From positions 1 through 64,000 of the IMG/VR virus record IMGVR_UViG_3300009130_000014: a stretch of 64,000 nt of DNA; one strand, given 5' to 3'. The position numbers and the translations under genes are program-made. Shown here one piece after another: positions 26,632 through 38,228 of the stretch (position 1 is its first letter; the number at the start of each line of letters is the position of its first letter). A model generated the notes under the pieces. It did no database searches, was not told where the DNA came from, and saw only the letters and a program-made list of their open reading frames with translations. This DNA is from a virus.

Positions 26632-27327
26632 ATGCTTTTATCAGAAATAGTATATAACATTAAAAACTTAATAGCCGGGGGTATAGAATCCGATGATGAA
26701 AATCTATCTGACTTACAAGTGGCTTTTATAATCGGCTATTATAGAGCTAAGTTAGTCAAACAAGATAAAGAAAAAGGTAGGTTTAATAAAGACACTTTAA
26801 TACAAAATTTAGGAAGAGTACCTTTAATCAGAGCAGATAAAAACGAATGCTGTGATATAGAAGATTGTATTCTTCGTACTCAATTTAAAATACCTACTCC
26901 TATGGAAATTCCAGGTACTTTAAATTTAACTTTTGTAGGAAATACTGATGGTACTCCTTATCAAATGAAAACGCATAATTCTGCATTTTGGAGCAAACAT
27001 TCAAAGTATGATAAAAGTACAAAATGGTATTACCAGAATGGATATTTATATATTATGAATCCTCCAAGTTTACTCTTAGATGCTATTAATATACAAGGTA
27101 TTTTCTCAGATCCTTCTATTGCTGAATCTTTTAGGACATGTGATTGTGACAATAACACTACCTGTTTAGATACAGAAGAATTAGACTTTGAATATCCTAT
27201 GCCTGTACATTACGTAGATTTAATAGTAAAAATGGTGGCGGAAACAGAATTAAGGATTCTTAATGCAATGCCTTCTGATATAAGTAATGATAGTTTAGAT
27301 CAAGTTAATCAAGTAGTAAATGGCTAA
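26632..27327 (+). CDS. tail ring (tubular) protein
   Basis: YYRAKLVKQD, WYYQNGYLYI, IQGIFSDP and EYPMP motifs; crAss synteny. Confidence 0.75.
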   Translation: MLLSEIVYNIKNLIAGGIESDDENLSDLQVAFIIGYYRAKLVKQDKEKGRFNKDTLIQNLGRVPLIRADKNECCDIEDCILRTQFKIPTPMEIPGTLNLTFVGNTDGTPYQMKTHNSAFWSKHSKYDKSTKWYYQNGYLYIMNPPSLLLDAINIQGIFSDPSIAESFRTCDCDNNTTCLDTEELDFEYPMPVHYVDLIVKMVAETELRILNAMPSDISNDSLDQVNQVVNG

Positions 27328-27739
27328 AGGATACACATTAAGCGACGCATATAAGTTTTATAAAAATAAAACACAGTCAAGTATAGATAAAGATACATAT
27401 AGAAATATATGCTATGATTATAATAAGAACTTAACAGCTTCTATATTAGAAGGTAAGTTTATGAAATTACCTCATCGTTTAGGGGATTTATGGATTAAAA
27501 AATACAAAATAGATCCTGAAAAACCTCCTGTAGATTTGAATGAAAGTAGAAAAGCAGGTAAGACTGTATATCATTTGAATTTTCATAGTGACGGTTATAT
27601 GGCTAGATGGAGTTGGAGCAAGAAAAATAATTTAGTAACTAATTTAATATACTACTCTTTTCACGCAACAAGAGCTAATTCAAGAGCTTTATCTGCTATA
27701 ATGAAAAAGGAAAATGGACATAAAAAATATTTCTCATGA
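27320..27739 (+). CDS. IHF/HU-like protein of the crAss tail module
   Basis: MKLPHRLGDLWIKK...YHLNFHSDGY...W.K...Y.F..TRANSR.L. Confidence 0.75.
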   Translation: MAKGYTLSDAYKFYKNKTQSSIDKDTYRNICYDYNKNLTASILEGKFMKLPHRLGDLWIKKYKIDPEKPPVDLNESRKAGKTVYHLNFHSDGYMARWSWSKKNNLVTNLIYYSFHATRANSRALSAIMKKENGHKKYFS

Positions 27740-28581
27740 TTTATAAAATGGAAACTCTGGACAGAGTTATAGATAAAATAGTTAGAGATTTAGGTTTACA
27801 AGATGACATACCTTTTGGAGATTTTGTAGAATGGTTTGCAGACGCACTTCTTCATATAGGTTCATATCCTCAATTTGAAGAGAAAAGCTGTGCTATTATA
27901 ATAGATGATTATGAAGGAATGTTGCCAAGTGATCTTTATAAAGTGATAAGAGTATTAAAAGGTTCTTCTTTTTCTCAGAGTGTGTCCGGAGGATTTTATG
28001 ATGGTACTTTCATGAAAGCGTTAACTCCCGAACAAATAAAATCTTTAGATCCTTATGATAAATATAAGAATTTAGTTGCTGGAATTTCTAAAATAGATAA
28101 TAATTTAAACTATAGAGATCTGTTAAATATACTTTCTTATAATGGAAATTTGATAGGTAATCCTGAAAATACAAAATTTACAGAAGGAGATTATAATATA
28201 AACTTTAATAAAGTTACTACAGGTTTCAGGTATGGAATTATAGAATTACAATATCTTGCTTTTCCTGTAGACGAAAGAGGGTGGCCGTTAGTACCCGATG
28301 ATGTTAGTTTCAGAGACGCTCTTTTCTGGAAAGTAGCATATCATATGAGCATGAGAGATCCTTCTAAGCTTAAAAATCCTAGGATGCAGGATATGGAATA
28401 CTGTCGTCAAATGTGGAATAAATACTGCACTCAAGCGAGAACTTCTGCTATTATGCCTGATATGGCTCAAATAGAAAGATTAAAAAATAACTGGCTAAGA
28501 CTACATAATACATTAGACGATAATGTTAATCAATATAGAGACTTAGGAAAACAACAAAGAATTAACCTTGACGGAAGATAA
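27736..28581 (+). CDS. tail ring (tubular) protein
   Basis: EW..DAL..IG, LPSDL, TGFRYGIIELQYLAFPVDERGWPLVPDD. Confidence 0.75.
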   Translation: MIYKMETLDRVIDKIVRDLGLQDDIPFGDFVEWFADALLHIGSYPQFEEKSCAIIIDDYEGMLPSDLYKVIRVLKGSSFSQSVSGGFYDGTFMKALTPEQIKSLDPYDKYKNLVAGISKIDNNLNYRDLLNILSYNGNLIGNPENTKFTEGDYNINFNKVTTGFRYGIIELQYLAFPVDERGWPLVPDDVSFRDALFWKVAYHMSMRDPSKLKNPRMQDMEYCRQMWNKYCTQARTSAIMPDMAQIERLKNNWLRLHNTLDDNVNQYRDLGKQQRINLDGR

Positions 28582-31500
28582 TGGAAAATTTAAACAGATT
28601 AAAAAAGGGCATAAATCAAGATGTTCATCCTTCTGAGCAACCAGAAGAAACATATAGAAATGCTGTAAACTTTGTAAGTTTAAGCATGGACGGTAATGCG
28701 TATTCTTTAGTCAATGAAGATGGGACATTATTATTAGAAACTGTAAAGTTTCCTATAGGGAAACAAGTAATAGGTCATTGTGTATTAAACAATGATATCA
28801 TTGTAGTATTAGCAGGAGAAGACGGAACAAGTCAAATAGGTTATATTAGAGAAGATTCTTCTAATATAGATCCTGACTATGGCTATTATCATCCTGTTGC
28901 TCCGTATAATCCTTCAGGGGCTACTATACGAGATCAATATCCGGAAAATAATTCTGAATTTGGTTTTAAACTAACTCATGGGGTAGACTGTCAAGCTAGA
29001 AAATTAATTAACGGGAATAGGGTTTTGTATTATACAGATAACTTAAATCCTTTCGGTAGAATTGAGTTAGAAAATCCTCCTGAAGTAGGAAATGTTTCAG
29101 AGCAATCACAGTTAATATTTAATCAGCAAGTTCCTACTATTTCATTAAAAGAAATTAGAGAAGATGTCCCTAGTAATATACAGCCTGGGGTATATCAATT
29201 TGTACCTAGATATGTAACAGAAAATGGAGGTACTACTACATTCGGAATACCTTCTAATTTAATAAGCATGGTTCCTGCAAATAAGGACCTGGGTGTAAAT
29301 CAATATAGCGGAGAGTTTTTTGAAAACGGGACTATATCTAAAAACATAATAATAGATATAGAAAACATTGATCAGAACTACCAAGAACTTGAACTGATAG
29401 TAGCTTATTATCAGGAATCAGGAGTTTTTCAGGCAAAGTCTTTAGGTCGTTTTCCTATTACAGGAGAAACTTTAGAGTATACATTTACAGGACCTGTTAC
29501 CGGAGAGGAGATAGGAATAACTAGAGAAGAGCTACAACAAACTCCCATAACCTATAAAAGAGCAAAAGCTATTGAGCAAAAAGATAATACTTTATTTCTA
29601 AGTAATTTATCAGATGATACAATAGATGATGCTGCCATGCAAGAAGTAGCTAATCATATTTCTGTTCAATATCAAATAGAGGAAATACCTTATTCAGGAA
29701 GAGAGGGTACTTTAGATACTTCTATAAATACAAATATATTTACTGAAACAGCTATTGAAATAACCGGGTTAAACACCATAGAAGTTACTTTTTCAGACGA
29801 AATAGATTTGGACGGAAGTGCGTCAGGTAATAATAACATAGTATTTGATCCGATAAGTCAAACCACTTCTGCAAATTATGGATTTAATGATCACTTTATA
29901 ACTAGATCAGGAGAATCCAGTTTTGCTAATATAAATACATCTACTGTCACGTTAGGCGATACAATGTTAGTAGACTCTATCACTTTCACTGCTGTAGCCA
30001 CAGTAGCAAATACGTCTACAGAATATCTTATAGGAGGCGATCAAGAAGAAACTACAGAGAACTTAGCAAGGGCTATTAATACAGATCCAGGAGGAACTCG
30101 TAATTTTATAGCAGTTCCTTTTTTAGATGGTAGCATTTTAAAAATTAAATTAATATGGAAAGGAAACGATAACACAAAAGTTATTGCATATACCGGAACA
30201 ATTACAGGAGATCTTATATTTTCAGGAGGAACTTCTGCATCGGATATTATTAATGTCACTAATATAGAAAAAGTATCAGATAATATATTAGAGTATACTT
30301 TTGGCTCTATAGACAGGATAAGTTTAATAGATCAATTTACATCTATAGATGCTACAAAGTTTATAGTAGGCCCTCAAGAAAGTATAACCGTTACAGGAAC
30401 TCCTACTTTAACAGAAGACACAACTACTGCTACTATAGATGCAACTCAAGAAGGATTTACTGATTTCTTATCAGAAAAGGTAGGATTTGAGAAAAAAGGT
30501 TACCGCAGAGGCGAGGTTTATTCATTAGGCATTATGTTATTGTTCAAAGATGGGAGCACCAGCCTTGTTTATCATATACCGGGTAACGATAAACTTACTA
30601 CGACACTAGGTAAAAATTACCCTAGTGTAGCTAATTATAGAGTAGGTAATACTTTCGGTAATACAGGTACTTATCTATCTAATTTAGAATATCCTTTGGA
30701 TCAATTTTTCCCAGGGAATGACACAGGTGATGATGATTTTGGAAATACTTCAAGTACTTCTCGTAATATTAGACATCATGTTATGCCTAATTTAACTCAA
30801 GAACCTCATTTTAGAAAGCTAAATGATGGTACTACAGTTATAAGAAATATAGGTTTAAAGTTCACACTAAATTCTTCGTTTGATATTCCTGCTGATATAC
30901 TAACTAATGTACAAGAAATAATATTAGTTCGAGAAAGACGTAACATAAGAATAAACAGATCTGTATTAGCTCAGGGTTTAATTAACAGACTTGTTGAAAC
31001 AGCAGATACGTATACCCTTGATGGTCAAGTAGATGGCTCTGTGTCTAATGGGGTTCGGTCTAATTACCATCTTCAAGAAATACCGTTCTTTAATAATTTA
31101 GAAAGCATTGATATAAGGGGAGATGAATATAGAGAAAAAAGAGGTCATTCAAGAAGAGGTGTATGTTATCCCGGAGCATCTGCGGCAGAATCTACATTCG
31201 GAGCAGGAGCGGGTACCTTTTCTAATGGAGAAAAAATGAACACTCTAATACGAGGTAATAGAGCATTTTTTCATTGTCCTGAATCTATTCTTGCATATGA
31301 TTCCAAGATAGATCCTGATAATTTACAAGGACTTAAAATGAGACCTTGGATGTTAATGGAAGGCGAATCCTTTACTACAAGTGCTGAACCTAATGCGTAC
31401 AGAGGTACTAAAGGAAATGACTATGCTGATTGGTATGGATACCATGATGCTATAGGAAATTATCAAGATTATGATAACACTTATTTACCAGATTCTACTC

Positions 31501-33674
31501 CTGTAGGTACTACAAGAACTATAGGAGATTCAAAAGATCAATCGGCAGGAGTAACTAGAAATAAAGAAGTAGGCTTTGATACAGCATCGAGACCTAACAT
31601 AACTAGTACGAGATGGACTCAAGGAGGTTGGGAAATCATAGTAACAAATACTGACGGTACAGGAGTCACAGCTTACGATCCGGCAAATCCCACTTCTGAT
31701 TCAGATCATTATTTCCCAGATCCCGGAGGAACTAAGTTTAAAGTGGATCATGAAGTTCATGTATTCGATAAAGCAGTTACGTGTACAGGATTAAATGGGT
31801 CATGTTATAATTCCGCTAAAGGAGGTTATGTGGAAACTACTTCAGGTGCACGACAAACACCTGGGTCTAAGTCTGTTATAAAAAATCATTTATATAACTT
31901 AGAAGAAGATAACCCTTCTCAATATGGAAATTTAGCTCAATCTTCATTTATCATAGCAGGAAGATTTGTACCCAAAACTGCAGGATCTTCCTATTCGGCT
32001 TACGGAGGAGATACTTATATTACTAAGTTTAGTTTTAATACAGGAGGTATATTAACGTATTATCCTTATGACAGATACAAAGATAGCTCTCAGCAGAAAG
32101 TAGCTGATACTAATTCTAGGAGAGGATATGGTCATATTAAAAGCGGACCAGGAGGAACTAAAGCTGTAGGGTATGATTTTAGAGCGTGTCACTATTACTT
32201 TGTAGAATCTAATATAAATACATATTACAGACATACTCCAGAAGAAGAGACAAAACAGGATTATTTTCCTAACCAGGCTAACCCTTCTTCATTATTATCA
32301 AATTTCTTTGCGTATTTAGGAAACGTAAGATCTTATAATGGATTATATAGTTATGAAAATAACTTAAAAGAATATTTCATGAAAGGGTCTACTCAGCAAA
32401 TAGTATCTTCTTTTGAAAACAGAACTATTTATTCAGAACAGGCAAGTTCAGATAGCGTTGTAGATTCTTATAGAAACTTTTTAGTTAGTAATTATCATGA
32501 CATACCTAGTCACACAGGTCCTATATGGGATTCTTTTGTTCATGCTAATAATTTATATTTACATACACCTAAGAGTTGCTGGAAAACTTTTGCAGAACCT
32601 GCTGCTACTTTATCTGCTCAAAATATAACGGATGTGGTATTAGGTACTGGATCTTTATTTGCTAGACCAAGTTATGAAGTGTTAACTACAGACGGAGGTT
32701 TTGCAGGTAGTATATCCCAATTTGGAGGAATAGATACTCAGATGGGCTATATGTTCCCTGATGTTTTACAAGGTAAAATCTTCTTACTAGGCGCAGGAGG
32801 AAGTGGGCCTCTTCTAAAGGAACTTTCCTTAGAGGGTCTACATACATTTTCTCATAAAAATATGGGCACCGGAATTATAAAAACTGGTAATTCTATAGAT
32901 TTAAAAAATGTTACTACTTCTAATGCTCACTTAATAGATAATCCTTATTCAGGGATAGGTTATACTGGAGGGTATGATTATAAATTAAAAAGAGCATGGA
33001 TATGCAAACAAGGAAGTCTGGGCTTTACTCTAAGTTATTCAGGTTTAATGCAATCGTGGAATAGCTTTCATTCATATTCTCCGAATACTATTATCCCTTT
33101 TGATAATAGAGTGTTCTTTATTAACAATAATGAAGTAAGCGATACTACATCGTTGAATTTTTGGGAAATGAACAAAGGAGCGAAAGGAAGTTATTTTGGA
33201 ACCGTATATGATTCTGAATTAGAACTTTCAGTTCCTACTAGAGATTCGGTTGTATTTAATAATCAAATGATGTATTTGGATATTTATAATTCTGCTAATT
33301 TAAAAATAAGAGATGACTTCTTTAGTAAAATTCAAGTAACTTCCGATAATCAAAATACAGGATTATTAAATTTTGTACAAGGTAATACATTTGCCCCTAC
33401 CAAAACAGATTCTGATATCTTTTATAAATTTAGAAATGATGAATATCAATTAGCAATACCTAGGGATTCTGTATTTGATAATTCTAAAGATATATTTGAT
33501 CTAGATAATATATATCAACCACAAGGAGGTACAGTCCCTACCGATACTGCGTATATAACAAGAAAGAGAATAAAAGGAGATTACGCCACATTTAAGTATA
33601 ACTACGATAACACAAAAGATAACAGCTTTGTTTTGAGAGAAATAAAGACTATATTTGATAAGAACTATAGGTAA
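28581..33674 (+). CDS. tail muzzle / stabilisation protein (P22 gp10-like)
   Basis: 1697 aa; KGINQD start, YYTDNLNP, KGYRRGEVYSLGI, IRHHVMP, YGGDTYI, WNSFHSYSP; crAss synteny. Confidence 0.85.
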   Translation: MENLNRLKKGINQDVHPSEQPEETYRNAVNFVSLSMDGNAYSLVNEDGTLLLETVKFPIGKQVIGHCVLNNDIIVVLAGEDGTSQIGYIREDSSNIDPDYGYYHPVAPYNPSGATIRDQYPENNSEFGFKLTHGVDCQARKLINGNRVLYYTDNLNPFGRIELENPPEVGNVSEQSQLIFNQQVPTISLKEIREDVPSNIQPGVYQFVPRYVTENGGTTTFGIPSNLISMVPANKDLGVNQYSGEFFENGTISKNIIIDIENIDQNYQELELIVAYYQESGVFQAKSLGRFPITGETLEYTFTGPVTGEEIGITREELQQTPITYKRAKAIEQKDNTLFLSNLSDDTIDDAAMQEVANHISVQYQIEEIPYSGREGTLDTSINTNIFTETAIEITGLNTIEVTFSDEIDLDGSASGNNNIVFDPISQTTSANYGFNDHFITRSGESSFANINTSTVTLGDTMLVDSITFTAVATVANTSTEYLIGGDQEETTENLARAINTDPGGTRNFIAVPFLDGSILKIKLIWKGNDNTKVIAYTGTITGDLIFSGGTSASDIINVTNIEKVSDNILEYTFGSIDRISLIDQFTSIDATKFIVGPQESITVTGTPTLTEDTTTATIDATQEGFTDFLSEKVGFEKKGYRRGEVYSLGIMLLFKDGSTSLVYHIPGNDKLTTTLGKNYPSVANYRVGNTFGNTGTYLSNLEYPLDQFFPGNDTGDDDFGNTSSTSRNIRHHVMPNLTQEPHFRKLNDGTTVIRNIGLKFTLNSSFDIPADILTNVQEIILVRERRNIRINRSVLAQGLINRLVETADTYTLDGQVDGSVSNGVRSNYHLQEIPFFNNLESIDIRGDEYREKRGHSRRGVCYPGASAAESTFGAGAGTFSNGEKMNTLIRGNRAFFHCPESILAYDSKIDPDNLQGLKMRPWMLMEGESFTTSAEPNAYRGTKGNDYADWYGYHDAIGNYQDYDNTYLPDSTPVGTTRTIGDSKDQSAGVTRNKEVGFDTASRPNITSTRWTQGGWEIIVTNTDGTGVTAYDPANPTSDSDHYFPDPGGTKFKVDHEVHVFDKAVTCTGLNGSCYNSAKGGYVETTSGARQTPGSKSVIKNHLYNLEEDNPSQYGNLAQSSFIIAGRFVPKTAGSSYSAYGGDTYITKFSFNTGGILTYYPYDRYKDSSQQKVADTNSRRGYGHIKSGPGGTKAVGYDFRACHYYFVESNINTYYRHTPEEETKQDYFPNQANPSSLLSNFFAYLGNVRSYNGLYSYENNLKEYFMKGSTQQIVSSFENRTIYSEQASSDSVVDSYRNFLVSNYHDIPSHTGPIWDSFVHANNLYLHTPKSCWKTFAEPAATLSAQNITDVVLGTGSLFARPSYEVLTTDGGFAGSISQFGGIDTQMGYMFPDVLQGKIFLLGAGGSGPLLKELSLEGLHTFSHKNMGTGIIKTGNSIDLKNVTTSNAHLIDNPYSGIGYTGGYDYKLKRAWICKQGSLGFTLSYSGLMQSWNSFHSYSPNTIIPFDNRVFFINNNEVSDTTSLNFWEMNKGAKGSYFGTVYDSELELSVPTRDSVVFNNQMMYLDIYNSANLKIRDDFFSKIQVTSDNQNTGLLNFVQGNTFAPTKTDSDIFYKFRNDEYQLAIPRDSVFDNSKDIFDLDNIYQPQGGTVPTDTAYITRKRIKGDYATFKYNYDNTKDNSFVLREIKTIFDKNYR

Positions 33675-35677
33675 TGAGAGATAATATATATGGTATACAG
33701 AAAGTAGAACCTACTGAGGTTCGAAATAATAAGCAAATTGCAAGTGCTACAGGAACGAGTGCTTTGCAAGGAGTTCAGGCAGGGTCAAAGTATGGTAAGG
33801 CAGGAGCTATAGCAGGAGGGGTATTATATGGAGGGGCTGCATTATTAGGTCAAAAAGGAGCTCAGCAAGATGAAAAGAAAATGAGATTGAACGATGAATC
33901 TTATAATAAGTTCATTGATAACCTAGAAGGTAGAACCATGAGGAATGATAGATATGTAATGGGGCAGGCTAAAAACGGAAGAGGTTCTGGTAGTAGTCCT
34001 GATAAATCAGTAGAGCTAGAAGGAGGTCCTGGAGGAGGTGAGATTTATGGTACACCTAAATATAGAGATGGCAAGCTTTATGCTTTTCATATTAAAGGTG
34101 ATACTGCAGGCGAACCTTCACACGAAGAAGGGGGAGTAGATATACCTACTACAAGATCTAAGAAATCTAATTCTAAATATGATTCTATTAATCTAGAAAA
34201 AGATGTGATAATAGATACTCAAAAAGATCCTGAATATAATGCTAAAGTGAAAAAATTAATTTCTAGTGCTAATATGGGAAATTCTATTGATGCTAAAAAG
34301 CTAGATAAAATAATAAAAGCCTTACCCACAGAAGAAGATTATACTGATATGAAAGCAGAAGATGGATTGAATAATACAGATGCTAAGACATTCTTAAAGA
34401 ATAATTATAAATCTCTGGGCATTAGTAAGTATAAAATAAATAAAATGACACCTGAGTCTGCAAAGGCTTATTTAGAAACTAGGAAGAACGAAGCGTTTAT
34501 AAAGGAGAATTATAAAAGTCCTATTGAAGAAGTCACGGAAGGAGTTGAGGGAATAGATGATTTTAGTAATGTAGAAGCACCCGAAGAAAAAACTTTACAT
34601 GAGGTGGTTCAAGATATAAGACAAAGTAACGGAGAAAAAAATCCTTCAAAATCCGAATGGAACGCTCTTTTAGATAAAGGCTTGAAAGATACAGGGTATA
34701 GTAAGAAGGACGTATATAACTATATGAAATCTACAGGTTTCGATGTAGGATCTGATTATACTCCTGACTTCTTTGGTAAACTCAGTACTGAAGCAGCTAA
34801 CAGTATATGGAAATATACTCCTGAGCAAGCGGCACGTCCCGAAAATACAGTATTACCTGACTTCACAAAAGATGAAATTATATCTAACGATAATAAAGTA
34901 TCTACTGATACACCGATAACAGAAAGTAATTTACCTCCTAGCACACAAAGTTTTATTATACAAAGTAATGCAGAAAATAATCCTAATTATGTAAATCCTT
35001 TAAAGTATGCCTCTGTTTATAATAACTTACAGGCTGCTAATAGTCCTATAGATAGGGTAGAAAGAAATTATTTTATTCCTGACACATTAGAATATCAAGA
35101 TAGAAGTGATTCTTTAAGAGAAGCCAATTTGGAAAATAGAAACTTCATGTCCAGGGCTTCTCAAAATACTACTAACAGAACAGGGTTTACCGGACAGCAA
35201 CGTCAAATAGGTGCAGGTTATATGAGACAGGCCGAAACTATAAATGAAAGAGAAGCCGCAAGAGCTGATCAAATAGATCAATATAACACTACTGCAATGA
35301 ATGAAGCTCGTAGATATAATATTGATAAAGCAGATATGTATAATTCTCAAGACGATCAAGCTGAAGCAGTAAGAAGAGGATATAGAGATATTGCATATTC
35401 GGAAATTTCTCAGTTAGCTCAATTAAATGAACAAGCTAAGTATATGAGAAATAGAAATGCTAAACAAGACGCTATGCAAAAAGCAACATTACCTTTAATA
35501 GGCACTTCGGATATGAATGCAGAACAAAGACCTGATGGTTCTCTTGAGGTAAAGCATAGAGGGAATCAACAAATAGATTCCAAAATAGAAAGAGGTTACT
35601 CCGATTATGAAGATCGCGGATTTCAAGGTTATTCGGGTAAAAGATATAAACACAGAAACACAAGATATAGATCATGA
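33674..35677 (+). CDS. cargo/ejection protein with an N-terminal Gly/Ala TM segment
   Basis: GAIAGGVLYGGAALLG, ELEGG..GE and GEPSHEEGGV motifs, helical C-terminus; follows the muzzle gene. Confidence 0.7.
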   Translation: MRDNIYGIQKVEPTEVRNNKQIASATGTSALQGVQAGSKYGKAGAIAGGVLYGGAALLGQKGAQQDEKKMRLNDESYNKFIDNLEGRTMRNDRYVMGQAKNGRGSGSSPDKSVELEGGPGGGEIYGTPKYRDGKLYAFHIKGDTAGEPSHEEGGVDIPTTRSKKSNSKYDSINLEKDVIIDTQKDPEYNAKVKKLISSANMGNSIDAKKLDKIIKALPTEEDYTDMKAEDGLNNTDAKTFLKNNYKSLGISKYKINKMTPESAKAYLETRKNEAFIKENYKSPIEEVTEGVEGIDDFSNVEAPEEKTLHEVVQDIRQSNGEKNPSKSEWNALLDKGLKDTGYSKKDVYNYMKSTGFDVGSDYTPDFFGKLSTEAANSIWKYTPEQAARPENTVLPDFTKDEIISNDNKVSTDTPITESNLPPSTQSFIIQSNAENNPNYVNPLKYASVYNNLQAANSPIDRVERNYFIPDTLEYQDRSDSLREANLENRNFMSRASQNTTNRTGFTGQQRQIGAGYMRQAETINEREAARADQIDQYNTTAMNEARRYNIDKADMYNSQDDQAEAVRRGYRDIAYSEISQLAQLNEQAKYMRNRNAKQDAMQKATLPLIGTSDMNAEQRPDGSLEVKHRGNQQIDSKIERGYSDYEDRGFQGYSGKRYKHRNTRYRS

Positions 35678-38223
35678 GTGGTATAAATAGATTTATGAGT
35701 CCTGTAAAGACTCAGTATCAGCAAACATATGTAGATCAATTCGTTCCTATGCCTTTTGAGCTTATGCAAAGAAGAGCTGAGACAGAACAAAAAAGATTTG
35801 ATGAAGTAAGTGATTACTGGGATAAATTACAATCTCAGTTAAAGGCTAAAGTAGACGCTATAGATGATCCTATGAATCAAGAACAGATTCATGCATTACA
35901 ATCTCAAGTAGAAGATGCTCTAGGTACAGCTAATGGAGATTGGAGAAAACTAGATAATGTAGTAAAGAATGCATCAAAGTCATGGAATAACTATATAAAT
36001 TCAGAACACGGAGCCTTAGCTACATCTAACAAAACGGCTATGGATGCTAATTCTAAACGTATTATAGATAGCAAGATGTCAGGAGAAATGAAAGATTTAT
36101 ATTCTCAAGCAGCATTAATAAATTACAGAAGAACAGGAGGAGCCTTGACTGGAGCCACTTATGAAAACTTTGAACCTTCTAAAGATATAGATCATCTATT
36201 TCAAAAAGTTGCAGATAATTTATACAAGCTTACTCCTGATAAAATTGCAGCGGCCAACTATGCTTATGAAGATAAAGGAAAGACTTTATTGAACTTTAAA
36301 ACTATCAATGAGAATCTATCAGTATCAGATATAAGAAAAATGTCTGAATCTACTGTATATGCAGATGAAGCATGGAGGGATAAAACTACTAAAGATTTAA
36401 AAGTATTAAAAACATTAGGGTATATTCCTGAAATGACTTTAGATGAATATAGAAAAGCTGTATACGAAAGAGACTTTTTAGGAAAATTTGATGCCATAGC
36501 CTTTAACAAACATGATGAAACTCTTAATGCTAAACAAACTAAAGCAGGAGAGTTAAGTGATGAAGAAAACTTTAGATCACCTATTGTTGATTTTTCATTT
36601 AAAAATAGATTTAATACAGGTGATAAAGGACTAAGTGAATTATCCAATGCAGGCAATGACGGTAATAAAGTTTTAGAATCTCAATCTCAAGCTATAGTAG
36701 GTTCTACTTTAAATACTGTTATGGGGAAACTTAACTTAAAACCTCAGCAGTTCAATGAATTAATGAGAGACAAAGGATATGGAACTATAAAGGATGGCAT
36801 CTTTGAATCTTCTTTAGCTCAACAAAAAGATTTCTTAAATGCTCTTATTTCTAACCCAGAATCAATAGGATTGGATTTAAGTAAATCTATGTATAAAGAA
36901 CTTAGCAATACCGCTAGACTTACTAGAAAGCAGCTAAACGATAATGAAAATTTACAGTTAGAGATACTTGAAGAAATAGTAGAAATAGGTGATGCTGTAG
37001 ACGGGGTAACACTTTCTAAAGAAGAATTTGAAGCATATGAAAAATCTGTTAAAGATAGACAAAAGGGTATCGAAGAACTATCTAATATAATAGCAGATCC
37101 GGAAAGGTCTAAGGAAGAAATAGATGCTGCAAAAGCCCTTTTAAATTATGATGATTTAGGATCAACGAGCCCTAAAGAAACGGACAAGTTACTTAATATT
37201 CTAAAAGGTAATAATCCAACATTTTATAATATAGTGAAAGCTGGATTCTTAGGAACTTCCAATACCTCTGCGGCTGCCATTCATAGTGCGAATAACTATG
37301 ATCCTTCTGATATAGAAAATTTAACACCTGCTCAGAAAATAGCATACAAGGCTAACAAGATTAAAAATTCAAATAAGTTTGGTAAAACATTATCTAATAG
37401 GGCAGAAGACGTAAAAAATGCTCAATCCATGAGACAGTTTAGAGGCAAGTTTTATATATATGATCAACAGGGCAAAATAGATGAAACTGCTACTAATAGA
37501 TTAACTAAAGATATCAATCAAGCATTTAAAGATAAAAGAGAAAATTTCTTAAATGTGAATGTAACTCGTAAAGAGGGTAAAGAGAATGTTACTATGCCTT
37601 TACGTGAAGCTATAAAAACAGATGTTTCATTAGACTATCCTGACATACAACCTGATGAATTAGCGAAAAGAGTAGAGAAAAGAATAGATGAGATTTTTGA
37701 TTCAAAACAACCTTTGTCTTTTGGAAGCACAGATTTTAATGAAATGAGCATAGGAGGGAAATATCTTCTTAAGTCAGGAAAAAACGAAGACTTTCAATCT
37801 ACCATGGATGAATTAATTCCTTCGGAGACCAAGGCCATCATACATAAAAATAGTATTATATCAAGAGCAGTTGAAAGTATACATGGCAAATCCTATATTA
37901 CACCTGAAGTAACATTAAGGACTAATAAATTAGGAGTTGGAGAAAAACCCGGAAGTGTATCGGATCAAGTTGCTAGTGGAGGTAATTATGAAATAGTTAT
38001 TGATTATTCAGCTTTACCTGAAGGTCACTCATATAAAAAATTAGGTAGAGATTTAGTTCTTGGTAAAGAAGAAAGTAATAAACTCCTTAATAAAATATCT
38101 ACTATGAAAGCTGATGCTGATTCTATGAAAGGTTATTATAAAACACCTTCAGGAGATTATATTCCTGTAGAAGATGCTATAAAAGAGTATGTTAAATTAT
38201 ATACTGAAGATATTACAAAATAA
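35674..38223 (+). CDS. cargo/ejection protein
   Basis: M..INRF...Y...FVPMPFELM N-terminus; helical; synteny. Confidence 0.7.
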   Translation: MSGINRFMSPVKTQYQQTYVDQFVPMPFELMQRRAETEQKRFDEVSDYWDKLQSQLKAKVDAIDDPMNQEQIHALQSQVEDALGTANGDWRKLDNVVKNASKSWNNYINSEHGALATSNKTAMDANSKRIIDSKMSGEMKDLYSQAALINYRRTGGALTGATYENFEPSKDIDHLFQKVADNLYKLTPDKIAAANYAYEDKGKTLLNFKTINENLSVSDIRKMSESTVYADEAWRDKTTKDLKVLKTLGYIPEMTLDEYRKAVYERDFLGKFDAIAFNKHDETLNAKQTKAGELSDEENFRSPIVDFSFKNRFNTGDKGLSELSNAGNDGNKVLESQSQAIVGSTLNTVMGKLNLKPQQFNELMRDKGYGTIKDGIFESSLAQQKDFLNALISNPESIGLDLSKSMYKELSNTARLTRKQLNDNENLQLEILEEIVEIGDAVDGVTLSKEEFEAYEKSVKDRQKGIEELSNIIADPERSKEEIDAAKALLNYDDLGSTSPKETDKLLNILKGNNPTFYNIVKAGFLGTSNTSAAAIHSANNYDPSDIENLTPAQKIAYKANKIKNSNKFGKTLSNRAEDVKNAQSMRQFRGKFYIYDQQGKIDETATNRLTKDINQAFKDKRENFLNVNVTRKEGKENVTMPLREAIKTDVSLDYPDIQPDELAKRVEKRIDEIFDSKQPLSFGSTDFNEMSIGGKYLLKSGKNEDFQSTMDELIPSETKAIIHKNSIISRAVESIHGKSYITPEVTLRTNKLGVGEKPGSVSDQVASGGNYEIVIDYSALPEGHSYKKLGRDLVLGKEESNKLLNKISTMKADADSMKGYYKTPSGDYIPVEDAIKEYVKLYTEDITK

Positions 38224-38228
38224 TAATT

